The notes beneath the pieces were generated by a model. It did not search any database. It was not told the origin of the DNA and was given only the letters and a program-made list of their open reading frames with translations. Positions 40,930-50,333 of a DNA stretch of 64,000 nucleotides are shown here, one piece after another (the stretch's first letter is position 1; the number at the start of each line of letters is the position of its first letter). Where the stretch lies: the NCBI GenBank assembly GCA_034530875.2, contig JAVRCJ020000003.1, positions 1-64,000 on the forward strand, given 5' to 3'. This DNA comes from Nostoc sp. DedSLP01. GTDB taxonomy: Bacteria; Cyanobacteriota; Cyanobacteriia; Cyanobacteriales; Nostocaceae. The translations under genes and the position numbers were made by a program.

Positions 40930-42288
40930 ATGACTACAGCTAACGTATTAAATGAGAAAACCACAGATTTAAATCTGCCTGGAGATAAACAGAAGAGGCA
41001 TTTTCAAGTCATTCAGAAAACATATCAGAACAACATCGACTCTGATTACACAGAGAAGATGGAATCTTTAGGCAAAAACTTTGATTACAACAAAAATAGT
41101 AATCATTTTTGGGGCGATCGCCAACTTTCTACCTTATATGGTACCCCTCTTTACAACCAAGCTTCTCAAGCGCAAAAATTAGCCCTTAACCATCTTTACT
41201 GGGTAGGGCAGTATCAACATACTGCCTCTGCGGAAGCAAACACCATGCTCTACAACCAAATTACATCTGGTGTTTTTACCCACGTTGGCGGATACGAAAC
41301 TCTTTGCCAAGAACTAGATTTTGAAACCAGTCAGGAACGCCATCACATCAATACTTTCCATAGAATTGGTTATAAGACCAAACTCGCTTTACTAGGCAAA
41401 GAATCCTTTGGTAATCCTTTGCATAAAAAATTAAATAATCAGACTCAGAAGAAATTGCTGCCTTTGCCAGAACTGCCGAAAAAAGAAGCAGTTCAAGATT
41501 TCACCTATCGCTTTCTCACCAAATTGATGCATCAAGGCAAAGACAACTACTATTCTGAGTACTTGAAAGAGAAAAGCGAATCAATTCCTACAGCAACTGG
41601 TGGACTCGCTGGCGTAACTGCATCTCCATCTGTATTTAAATACTTGAGTTTGAATTGGGGTAGTTCTCCCTTTTTAGCCGCGCAGTATTATTCGGTGCGG
41701 ATGGTTGCAAATATGTCCTTAAAAACTTATGAGTACCACTACTACAAACAGTTCAAGGAGCTAGATAAAAAGGGTGAGTTTATCCCAGATCCAATTGCTG
41801 TATCTCATTATCACTTGTTGGATGAGTCTTTCCATACCACAATGTCTCAGACCATTGCCCAAGAGGTATATAAAGATTTTCCGAAGCCAACAATGTATGA
41901 AAAGCTTCTCTCTAATGTAATTATCTTATTGGTACAAAGAGGGGTTTTGAGTGGGCTGTCTGGTGCTTTACCTGCTACATTCCGCGATGATGTGAATTTT
42001 ATACCTGCTTATTATCGTCTGCTGACATCGCCTCTATTTAAGATGTCCCAGGAAGACGCACTTTATTGGATGGAAAAATGCTTGTGTGAAGAACACGAAG
42101 GCTTTCATACGAATCACAAATTCCATCAAACTCTTCTGAATGATTTAAGACGCTTCTTTGGCCATCTAGAATATTTGTGGCCAGTTAACCGCGAAATGCG
42201 CTTAATGGCTGAAGGTGGTTCGATAGAGAAGGCAATTCAACGCAATCAAATAGCGTTTAAGCAGTTCGCTAGTTCTGTTGCTGCATAG
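40930..42288 (+). CDS. CylC-type dimetal-carboxylate (AurF-like) ACP-dependent halogenase
   Basis: ETSQERHH (ExxH) at 41323-41346 and HYHLLDESFH (HxxDExxH) at 41806-41835; directly follows FAAL-ACP. Confidence 0.85.
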   Translation: MTTANVLNEKTTDLNLPGDKQKRHFQVIQKTYQNNIDSDYTEKMESLGKNFDYNKNSNHFWGDRQLSTLYGTPLYNQASQAQKLALNHLYWVGQYQHTASAEANTMLYNQITSGVFTHVGGYETLCQELDFETSQERHHINTFHRIGYKTKLALLGKESFGNPLHKKLNNQTQKKLLPLPELPKKEAVQDFTYRFLTKLMHQGKDNYYSEYLKEKSESIPTATGGLAGVTASPSVFKYLSLNWGSSPFLAAQYYSVRMVANMSLKTYEYHYYKQFKELDKKGEFIPDPIAVSHYHLLDESFHTTMSQTIAQEVYKDFPKPTMYEKLLSNVIILLVQRGVLSGLSGALPATFRDDVNFIPAYYRLLTSPLFKMSQEDALYWMEKCLCEEHEGFHTNHKFHQTLLNDLRRFFGHLEYLWPVNREMRLMAEGGSIEKAIQRNQIAFKQFASSVAA

Positions 42289-42423
42289 AGCGATCGCATT
42301 AATTTTGAGAAGTATGTTTTTTAACGCAGAATTAGTAATTCTGACACCTCAAAATTAACGATCGGAACTAGTAGAGCGGACACCTTTTTTTGCAGCAATA
42401 CATTAAGTGTTGAGGGCTGAGTC

Positions 42424-45400
42424 GTGGAACCCATAGCTATTGTTGGTATTGGTTGTCGCTTTCCTGGCGCTAACAATCCAGAGGAATTCTGGCATATTTT
42501 ATCTAATGGCATTGATGCTATATCCGAAGTCCCTAAAGAACGATGGGATGTAGATAATTTCTACCATCCCCAACCTGCCACACCAGGCAAAATGAGTACT
42601 CGTTATGGTGGATTTATTGAGGGAGTAGATAGTTTCGATCCGGCCTTTTTTGGCATTTCCCCGCGTGAGGCTGAACGTATAGATCCCCAACAGAGGTTAG
42701 TTCTCAAAGTTGTTTGGGAGGCTTTGGAAAATGCTGCAATTGTGCCTGCTAGCCTCTCTGGTAGTCAGACAGGAGTGTTTATTGGAATTGGCAACTATGA
42801 TTATGGAATTGTCATTTCCAAAGATTTAGAGCGCATCAATGCCTACGATGGCACCGGTAATACACTTGGTGTTGCTGCAAATCGGGTGTCTTATCTGCTC
42901 AACCTGCGGGGCCCGAGTTTAGCGATAGAAACATCCTGTTCTTCCTCGCTGGTAGCGATACATTTGGCTTGTCGCAGCCTGGAAAATGCCGAGTCCGATT
43001 TATGCTTGGTGGGAGCAGTTAGTTTAATGTTGTCGCCACAACAAACTATTATTTACTCCCAAGCTCGGATGATGGCATCTGATGGGCGTTGTAAGACCTT
43101 CGATGCTAGTGCTGATGGTTACGTTCGCGGTGAAGGCTGTGGGATTGTCGTACTCAAGCGTCTAAGGGATGCGATTAGAGATGGCGATCGCATTCAAGCA
43201 GTCATCCGCGGTACGGCAATTAATCAAGATGGTTTGAGTAATGGCTTGACTGCTCCTAACGGGCCTTCGCAACAGGCTGTGATTCGCCAAGCTTTAGAAA
43301 ATGCAGGGGTTGAGCCGTCCCAAATCAACTATGTAGAAGCACATGGAACCGGTACATCTTTAGGAGATCCGATTGAAGTCAGGTCTTTAAAAACTGTACT
43401 GATGCCAGGACGCAGTGCCGAGCAGCCTTGTTTGATTGGTTCGGTAAAAACCAATATCGGTCATTTAGAAGCTGCGGCTGGGATGGCTGGCTTAATCAAG
43501 GTAGTACTGGCACTACAGCACAAAAAAATTCCAGCCCACCTGCATCTTAAAGAGTTGAATCCATACATTTCCTTGGCTGGGACACCTATGGGTATCCCTA
43601 CAGAACTCCAGCCTTGGAATGTGAATGGAGGAACTCGTTTGGCAGGTATTAGTTCTTTTGGTTTTGGGGGTACTAATGCCCACATCATTGTCGAGGAAGC
43701 AGTCTCTAAAGAGGGTGTGGGTACAGGCACATACACAGATCCCGAGAGTTTTTTCCCCACGTCATCACCTCTCGCCCTCACCGCGTCTGCTTCTCGTCCT
43801 TTACATTTATTGAGTTTGTCTGCAAAAAGCGAACAAGCTTTACAAGATTTGGGCCAGCGCTATGTAGATTTTCTGGCAAGGTATCCAGAGTTATCTCTGG
43901 CTGATATTTGCTTTACTGCTAGTACGGGGCGATCGCATTTTGATTATCGCTTGGCTGTGAGTGCTGAATCTGTCGAACAATTAAAAGAGCAGTTGAGCGC
44001 TTTCGTTGCCAGACAGCAGTCTGGTGAATTAGTAACCGGCCAGCTAAGTAGCCGCAAACAACCAAAGACAGCCTTTTTGTTCACTGGGCAGGGTTCTCAG
44101 TATGTGAAAATGGGGCGCGAGTTATACGAAACCCAGCCCACTTTCCGTAAAACCTTACAGCAGTGCGATGAAATTCTGCGTTTGTATCTTGACAAATCAC
44201 TGCTAGATGTGCTTTATCCCACCGATAATGACACAGTTGGTCTAGTAGATGAAACTGCCTATACTCAACCAGCACTGTTTGCTTTGGAATATGCCTTATG
44301 CAAACTTTGGCAGTCTTGGGGTATTGCACCTGCTGTAGTCATGGGGCATAGTATCGGAGAATATGTCGCGGCTTGTGTAGCTGGCGTATTCAGCCTAGAA
44401 GACGGATTGAAGCTGATTGCTGCCCGGGGACGGCTGATGCAAGCTCTACCTGCTAATGGCATGATGGTAGCAGTCATGACCAGCCCAGAACAAATAGCAG
44501 AACATATTCAAGGCTACGAAAAGAATATTGCGATCGCTGCTATTAACGGGCCGCGGAGTGTGGTGATTTCTGGGGAACGGCAGGCGGTAGAAACATTGTG
44601 CCAGTCCCTAGACACAGATGGAATCAAAACGAAACAATTAACGGTGTCTCATGCCTTCCATTCTCCATTAATGGCACCGATGATTGAGGAGTTTGCAGCA
44701 GTTGCGAAAACCGTTAACTACTCGCTTCCTCAAATTAAATTAGTTTCTAACGTTACTGGCAAACTCATCAGCCAAGAAGTAGCTAATCCTGAGTACTGGT
44801 GCAATCACGTCCTGCAACCAGTATTATTTGCCGAGGGAATGCAGACTTTAGCACAGCAAAAGTGTGATGTATTATTAGAAGTTGGCCCCAAACCAATATT
44901 ATTGGGTATGGGCAAGCAGTGCTTGTCTGATGCTGAAATCCAAAAACTAGTATGGTTGCCGAGTTTACGTCCAGGCCAATCCGATTGGCAGCAATTACTC
45001 CAGAGTTTGGCACAAATGTACGTGCAAGGAGTAGCAATAGACTGGAAAGGATTTGACCGAGATTACATCCGTCAGCGCGTTCTATTACCTACATATCCCT
45101 TTCAGGAACAACGCTATTGGGTGGAACTTGAAGAAAATCAGTCAGCGAACAAGCAAGTGATTTCTACGAATCTTGTAGAAACTCCTATGTTGCACTTACT
45201 ACAGCAAGGAGAAATTCAACAGCTAACAGAACAAATTGCTAAAACAGCGAATTTATCTGCCCACGAGCAACAATTTTTACCGAAGTTGTTAGAAGTTCTG
45301 GCAAAGCAGTACAAACACGAATCAATAGCGGCCTCAATTCAAGATTGGCTTTACAAAATTGAGTGGCAACCCAAGGCAAGAAAGATTGCAGCAGGTGACA

Positions 45401-47271
45401 AAAAGCCCCAAATCGGCAGTTGGCTGATTCTGGCTGATATGAAAGGAATCGGACAAACTCTTGCCGAACACCTGCAAAAACAAGGATTATCTTGTATTTT
45501 GGTTTATCCAGGCGAATCTTATCAGTCGAAGGGAAATTCTACCTGGATTATTAATCCGACAAGTACAGAAGATTTTCAGCAGTTGCTAAATGAAATTAAG
45601 GTAACTAGCCAAAAGTTACAAGGTGTAATTCACCTGTGGACTTTAGATACAGCTACATCTGAGGTAACAGTACGAGAGTTAGAAAAATCCCAGGTGTTGG
45701 GCTGTAGTAGCGTTCTATCTCTAGTACAGGCTCTAACTCAAGACAGCGAAGTTGATTCACTCCGTCTGTGGTTAGTGACGCAAGGCGCGCAGCCAGTAAA
45801 AACTTTACCGCGAGTTACCCAAGCATCATTATGGGGTATGGGTAAAGTAGTGGCTCTCGAGCATCCTGAAATATTCGGTGGGATGGTAGATTTATCTGTT
45901 GAGCCAACGTCAGAGGAAATATCCTTACTGTTGTCAGACATTGCAGATCCTCAAGGTGAAGACCATCTAGTATATCGTGGCGGACAACGTTATGTAGCTC
46001 GTTTGATACCCAAACAATTACCATCTACCTTAGAAAGTTGTTCGATATCCCCGGATAGCACTTATTTAATTACAGGCGGACTCGGGGCGCTAGGGTTGAA
46101 AGTGGCAGAGTGGTTGGTGGAACAAGGAGCCAAACAACTGGTACTGACTGGGCGCAAACAGCCAACAGCCGAAGCACAAACAGCGATCGCTCGTTTAGAA
46201 AAAATGGGAGCTACAATCCTAGCAGCCCAAGCTGATGTCACCCAAGAGCAAGATTTATCACAGCTATTAGAAACAGTGCAAGCAACAATGCCACCGCTAG
46301 GCGGGATCGTTCATGCAGCAGGGGTTGTGGGATATGAAACATTGCCATCTCTGCAATGGGAGTCCCTAGAGGCAGTATTACGCCCTAAAACGATGGGTAC
46401 TTGGCTGTTACACGAACTCACCCAAGATATAAACCTGGATTTCTTTGTTGTTTTCTCTTCTATTGCCTCAGTATGGGGTTCTCGCGGACAAGCTCATTAC
46501 GCAGCTGCCAATGCTTTCCTAGATAGTTTTGCTCACTATCGCCAAGGACAGGGAATGCCGACTTTAAGTGTGAACTGGGGCCCCTGGGCTGATGGTGGTA
46601 TGGCTTCTGATGAAGCCCAAAGTTGGCTGACTCGTATGGGAATTGGCATATTACAACCAGAACAAGCGCTGACAGCTTTGGGTTTATTACTTGGCTCGGA
46701 TACAGCGCAGGCAACTGTAACTCAGGTGGATTGGGCGCTGTTCAAGAGGTTATACGAGGCCAGAGGACGGCGAACTTTATTTGACGAGATATTAATTCAA
46801 CCATTAGCTGACAACCAACAGCAGCCAACTACTACATCAACACTGGTGGAAGAGTTAGAAGCTGCTTCAGTTAGCGAGGCAAGAGCCATGTTAACTGCTT
46901 ATCTCCAGACAGAAGTCGGCAAAGTACTGGGCTTTGAGGCATCAAAACTGCCTAACCCAGAGCAAGGCTTTCTCGATATGGGTATGGATTCGCTGATGGC
47001 AATTGATTTAAAAAACCGACTAGATAAGAACCTGGGAACAACATTGCCCTCAACAATTACATTTGAGTGTCCGACAATTGTCGATTTAGTCAAATATTTG
47101 GGGCGAGAGGTGTTGAACTGGGACAGTACCGCCAGCGATGTCATAACTTCGCCAGACGAACAGGAAAGGGCTGCAACGGTGGAAGGAATTCAGCAACTTT
47201 CAGAAGATGCACTTGAACTTTCAATAGCAGAGGAACTAGCAGGATTAGAATCTTTACTTCAAAGGAATTAA
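42424..47271 (+). CDS. Type I PKS module KS-AT-KR-ACP
   Basis: KS ETSCSSS/EAHGTGT/NIGH; AT GHSIG + HAFH (malonyl); KR GGLGALG, no LDD, SVWGSRGQAHYAAAN (A-type); ACP GMDSL; C-terminal docking helix. Confidence 0.95.
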   Translation: MEPIAIVGIGCRFPGANNPEEFWHILSNGIDAISEVPKERWDVDNFYHPQPATPGKMSTRYGGFIEGVDSFDPAFFGISPREAERIDPQQRLVLKVVWEALENAAIVPASLSGSQTGVFIGIGNYDYGIVISKDLERINAYDGTGNTLGVAANRVSYLLNLRGPSLAIETSCSSSLVAIHLACRSLENAESDLCLVGAVSLMLSPQQTIIYSQARMMASDGRCKTFDASADGYVRGEGCGIVVLKRLRDAIRDGDRIQAVIRGTAINQDGLSNGLTAPNGPSQQAVIRQALENAGVEPSQINYVEAHGTGTSLGDPIEVRSLKTVLMPGRSAEQPCLIGSVKTNIGHLEAAAGMAGLIKVVLALQHKKIPAHLHLKELNPYISLAGTPMGIPTELQPWNVNGGTRLAGISSFGFGGTNAHIIVEEAVSKEGVGTGTYTDPESFFPTSSPLALTASASRPLHLLSLSAKSEQALQDLGQRYVDFLARYPELSLADICFTASTGRSHFDYRLAVSAESVEQLKEQLSAFVARQQSGELVTGQLSSRKQPKTAFLFTGQGSQYVKMGRELYETQPTFRKTLQQCDEILRLYLDKSLLDVLYPTDNDTVGLVDETAYTQPALFALEYALCKLWQSWGIAPAVVMGHSIGEYVAACVAGVFSLEDGLKLIAARGRLMQALPANGMMVAVMTSPEQIAEHIQGYEKNIAIAAINGPRSVVISGERQAVETLCQSLDTDGIKTKQLTVSHAFHSPLMAPMIEEFAAVAKTVNYSLPQIKLVSNVTGKLISQEVANPEYWCNHVLQPVLFAEGMQTLAQQKCDVLLEVGPKPILLGMGKQCLSDAEIQKLVWLPSLRPGQSDWQQLLQSLAQMYVQGVAIDWKGFDRDYIRQRVLLPTYPFQEQRYWVELEENQSANKQVISTNLVETPMLHLLQQGEIQQLTEQIAKTANLSAHEQQFLPKLLEVLAKQYKHESIAASIQDWLYKIEWQPKARKIAAGDKKPQIGSWLILADMKGIGQTLAEHLQKQGLSCILVYPGESYQSKGNSTWIINPTSTEDFQQLLNEIKVTSQKLQGVIHLWTLDTATSEVTVRELEKSQVLGCSSVLSLVQALTQDSEVDSLRLWLVTQGAQPVKTLPRVTQASLWGMGKVVALEHPEIFGGMVDLSVEPTSEEISLLLSDIADPQGEDHLVYRGGQRYVARLIPKQLPSTLESCSISPDSTYLITGGLGALGLKVAEWLVEQGAKQLVLTGRKQPTAEAQTAIARLEKMGATILAAQADVTQEQDLSQLLETVQATMPPLGGIVHAAGVVGYETLPSLQWESLEAVLRPKTMGTWLLHELTQDINLDFFVVFSSIASVWGSRGQAHYAAANAFLDSFAHYRQGQGMPTLSVNWGPWADGGMASDEAQSWLTRMGIGILQPEQALTALGLLLGSDTAQATVTQVDWALFKRLYEARGRRTLFDEILIQPLADNQQQPTTTSTLVEELEAASVSEARAMLTAYLQTEVGKVLGFEASKLPNPEQGFLDMGMDSLMAIDLKNRLDKNLGTTLPSTITFECPTIVDLVKYLGREVLNWDSTASDVITSPDEQERAATVEGIQQLSEDALELSIAEELAGLESLLQRN

Positions 47272-47272
47272 C

Positions 47273-50200
47273 ATGGCTGAGTATTCTCCAAAAGTAGACC
47301 AGTTGAATTCATCACAGCGCTTGCTTTTGGCATTAAAGGAAGCGCGGGCTAAACTTGAGGCGGTAGAGCGTTCCAAAAGCGAGCCGATCGCCATCGTTGG
47401 TGCTAGCTGTCGGTTTCCTGGCAAAGCCAATAACCCAGAAGCATTTTGGCAGCTATTGCGTAATGGGGTAGATGCGATTACAGAAGTTCCCCCTCAGCGA
47501 TGGGACATAGACGCTTACTACGATCCAGAACCCGATACCCCAGGCAAAATATATACCCGCTTTGGTGGTTTTTTGGAAGATGTAGACCAGTTCGATCCGC
47601 AGTTTTTTGGCATGTCTCCCCGAACGGCGGCAATGTCAGATCCACAACAGCGATTGCTCCTACAAGTCAGCTGGGAAGCTTTAGAGAATGCAGGTCAAGT
47701 TCCAGAAAGGTTGTCAGGTAGCCAAACTGGGGTTTTTGTCGGAATTACCACCAATGATTATGCACGTCTTTTGCTTCAAGATGGCGGACTGAGCCAAATT
47801 GACGCCAATTACATCACAGGTAACCCACTCAACACTGTTGCCGGACGGCTATCTTACACATTAGGTCTACAAGGGCCCAGTTTAGTAGTTGATACAGCTT
47901 GTTCCAGTTCTTTGGTAGCAGTTCATTTAGCTTGTCAAAGTCTCCGCAATCAAGAGTGCGATCGCGCCTTGGCAGGAGGAGTCAACGTAATTTTGTCACC
48001 AGAAGGTGCAGTGGCTCTGTGCCGGACACGGATGATGTCGCAGGATGGTCGTTGTAAAACCTTTGATGCTAACGCTGATGGTTTTGTCCGTTCGGAAGGA
48101 TGTGGTGTTATCGTCCTCAAACGACTCTCGGATGCTTTAGCTGATGGAGACAACATCTTAGCTTTGATTCGCGGTTCAGCAGTCAATCATAATGGTGGCA
48201 GCAGTAGCAGTTTCCTGGCACCGAGTGGAGTATCTCAACAAGCTGTGATTCGTAAAGCTCTAGAGAATAGCGGCGTCAAGCCAGCCGACATCGATTATGT
48301 TGAAGTTCAAGGTACTGGCACAGCTTTAGGAGGCGATCCGCTAGAAGTGGCAGCTTTAGCGGCAGTATATAGCCAGGATCGTCCCCGGGAGCGACCGCTG
48401 GTAATCGGGTCGGTGAAAACCAACATTGGTCACCCAGAATCAGCCGCAGGTATAGCAGCCTTACTCAAGGTTGTGCTTTCCCTACAAAATAAAGAAATTC
48501 CACCCCATTTAAATTTCAAACAGCCCAATCCTCACATTAACTGGGATAAATTACCAGTAAAAGTACCAACCGAACTGATGCCTTGGTCTAGTGATTCCAG
48601 GCGGCTGGCGGCAGTCAATAGCTATGGAGCCAGCGGTACTAATGCTCATGTTGTACTTGAAGAAGCGCCAGTTCTAGAGACAATTACAGAATCTGCGGAG
48701 CGTCCCCTGCATCTATTAACGCTATCAGCTAAGACCGATGTGGCATTGAAGCAGTTAGCCAAAAAATACGAGAGCCACTTAGCTGCACATCCAGAGTTAC
48801 CGATTCAAAACATTTGTTTTACTGCTAACACTGGTCGCTTGCACTTCGAGCATAGATTAAGTGCGATCGCTACTTCTTCAGTGCAACTGCACCAACAGCT
48901 AGCAGCTTTTGCTGCTGGACAACAAGCAACCGCAGTCTTTCAAGGACAAATAGAAGGAAATAGCCAGCCCAAAATAGCTTTTGTCTTCGCGGGTGAGGAA
49001 TCCCAATACGTGAATATGGGGCGCCAACTTTATGAAACCCAACCGGAGTTCCGCAAATGGCTTGAGCGCTGCGAAAATATTTTGGGTTCTGAGCTAAAAC
49101 AGCCTTTAATTGAGATTTTGTACCCGCAAACACGGACTAACTCTCCTTTAAATGAAACTAGTTACAGCCAACCTGCTTTATTTGCCGTAGAGTATGCCCT
49201 CTTCCAGTTATGGAAATCCTGGGGCATAGAACCTAGTGTAGTCATGGGTCATGGTGTAGGAGAATATGTAGCCGCCTGTGTAGCTGGAATTTTCACCTTG
49301 GAAGAAGGTTTGCAGCTGGTTGCTCAAAGAGGACGCTTGCTGGAAACACTGTCCTCAGAATCAATATTAGAGAAATTTCAGCAGGCTGCCGAAGCGGTAA
49401 CTTACTATAAACCTCAAATTGCTTTCGTTTCTAGCCTCACTGGAGAATTAGCAACAAATGAAGTTAGCACCCCTGAATATTGGTGCGATCGCTTGCAACA
49501 GCCTGGGAAATTTGCTGCTAGTATCCAAACTCTGGCTCGACAAGAGTATAAGTTATTTGTCGAAATTGGTTGTCAGCCGCTTGGCAACAATTTGCCGGAC
49601 ATTGAGGGAGTTTGGCTTCCTAGCCTCAATCCAGAAAAAGAAGATTGGCAACAGCTACTAGAGAGTTTGGCAACATTATACGTAGGTGGTGTGAGAGTAG
49701 ACTGGTTGGGTTTTGACCGGGGCTATTTGCATCAACGCTTACCATTACCAACTTATTCTTGGCAGCAACAGCGCTGTTGGTTTGAGCCGACGAAAAATGG
49801 TCGCGGTAAGCTAGAAAACTCGTCTATAGCTAACTTATTTAGTCAAAGCGATCGCCAACAATTAGTTAACCAGTTAGAAAACACTGGAGAACTCACAAAA
49901 GATGAGTTGAGGTTGCTCCCCAGAATTGTTGAATTCCTAATCGAGCAATTCCAGCAGGAGATTGAAGTATCTCAACCACACGAAAAAATAGAACAAACAT
50001 CAATCCCCCAGGTGGATGTAAGTACTCTAACCGCAGCAGATATTCAAGTTTGGCTAGTTAATAAAGTTGTTAACGAGTTAGGAGTCAAATCTGAGGACAT
50101 TAACCTCCAAGCACCTTTTGATAGTTACGGTCTAGATTCAGTACTGGCAATTGGTATTGCTAGTGCTGGCGAACAATATTTTGGAGTTAAACTGTCTCCT

Positions 50201-50293
50201 TTGGTGTTAGTGCATTATCCAACAATTGAATCTCTTTCTCACTATTTAGCTCAAGAAATTGCAGCTTCAGAGTCAGAAATGTTTGAAATCTAA
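47273..50293 (+). CDS. Non-elongating PKS protein KS0-AT0-ACP
   Basis: KS DTACSSS intact but EVQGTGT (H>Q); AT GHGVG (S>G) with internal deletion of the HAFH region; ACP YGLDSV; ends ...EMFEI. Confidence 0.9.
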   Translation: MAEYSPKVDQLNSSQRLLLALKEARAKLEAVERSKSEPIAIVGASCRFPGKANNPEAFWQLLRNGVDAITEVPPQRWDIDAYYDPEPDTPGKIYTRFGGFLEDVDQFDPQFFGMSPRTAAMSDPQQRLLLQVSWEALENAGQVPERLSGSQTGVFVGITTNDYARLLLQDGGLSQIDANYITGNPLNTVAGRLSYTLGLQGPSLVVDTACSSSLVAVHLACQSLRNQECDRALAGGVNVILSPEGAVALCRTRMMSQDGRCKTFDANADGFVRSEGCGVIVLKRLSDALADGDNILALIRGSAVNHNGGSSSSFLAPSGVSQQAVIRKALENSGVKPADIDYVEVQGTGTALGGDPLEVAALAAVYSQDRPRERPLVIGSVKTNIGHPESAAGIAALLKVVLSLQNKEIPPHLNFKQPNPHINWDKLPVKVPTELMPWSSDSRRLAAVNSYGASGTNAHVVLEEAPVLETITESAERPLHLLTLSAKTDVALKQLAKKYESHLAAHPELPIQNICFTANTGRLHFEHRLSAIATSSVQLHQQLAAFAAGQQATAVFQGQIEGNSQPKIAFVFAGEESQYVNMGRQLYETQPEFRKWLERCENILGSELKQPLIEILYPQTRTNSPLNETSYSQPALFAVEYALFQLWKSWGIEPSVVMGHGVGEYVAACVAGIFTLEEGLQLVAQRGRLLETLSSESILEKFQQAAEAVTYYKPQIAFVSSLTGELATNEVSTPEYWCDRLQQPGKFAASIQTLARQEYKLFVEIGCQPLGNNLPDIEGVWLPSLNPEKEDWQQLLESLATLYVGGVRVDWLGFDRGYLHQRLPLPTYSWQQQRCWFEPTKNGRGKLENSSIANLFSQSDRQQLVNQLENTGELTKDELRLLPRIVEFLIEQFQQEIEVSQPHEKIEQTSIPQVDVSTLTAADIQVWLVNKVVNELGVKSEDINLQAPFDSYGLDSVLAIGIASAGEQYFGVKLSPLVLVHYPTIESLSHYLAQEIAASESEMFEI

Positions 50294-50333
50294 TGATTTG
50301 AATAATTTAATAAAACCAAGGAAGTTGTCAACA

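Noticed and set aside
40930..42288. True p-aminobenzoate N-oxygenase (AurF)
   Set aside because: FAAL-ACP-PKS context and size fit CylC-type halogenases; no arylamine pathway nearby
38631..47271. Olefin synthase (OLS) or heterocyst glycolipid (hgl) cluster
   Set aside because: No sulfotransferase-TE, no tandem ACPs, DH/ER or terminal reductase; a halogenase is present
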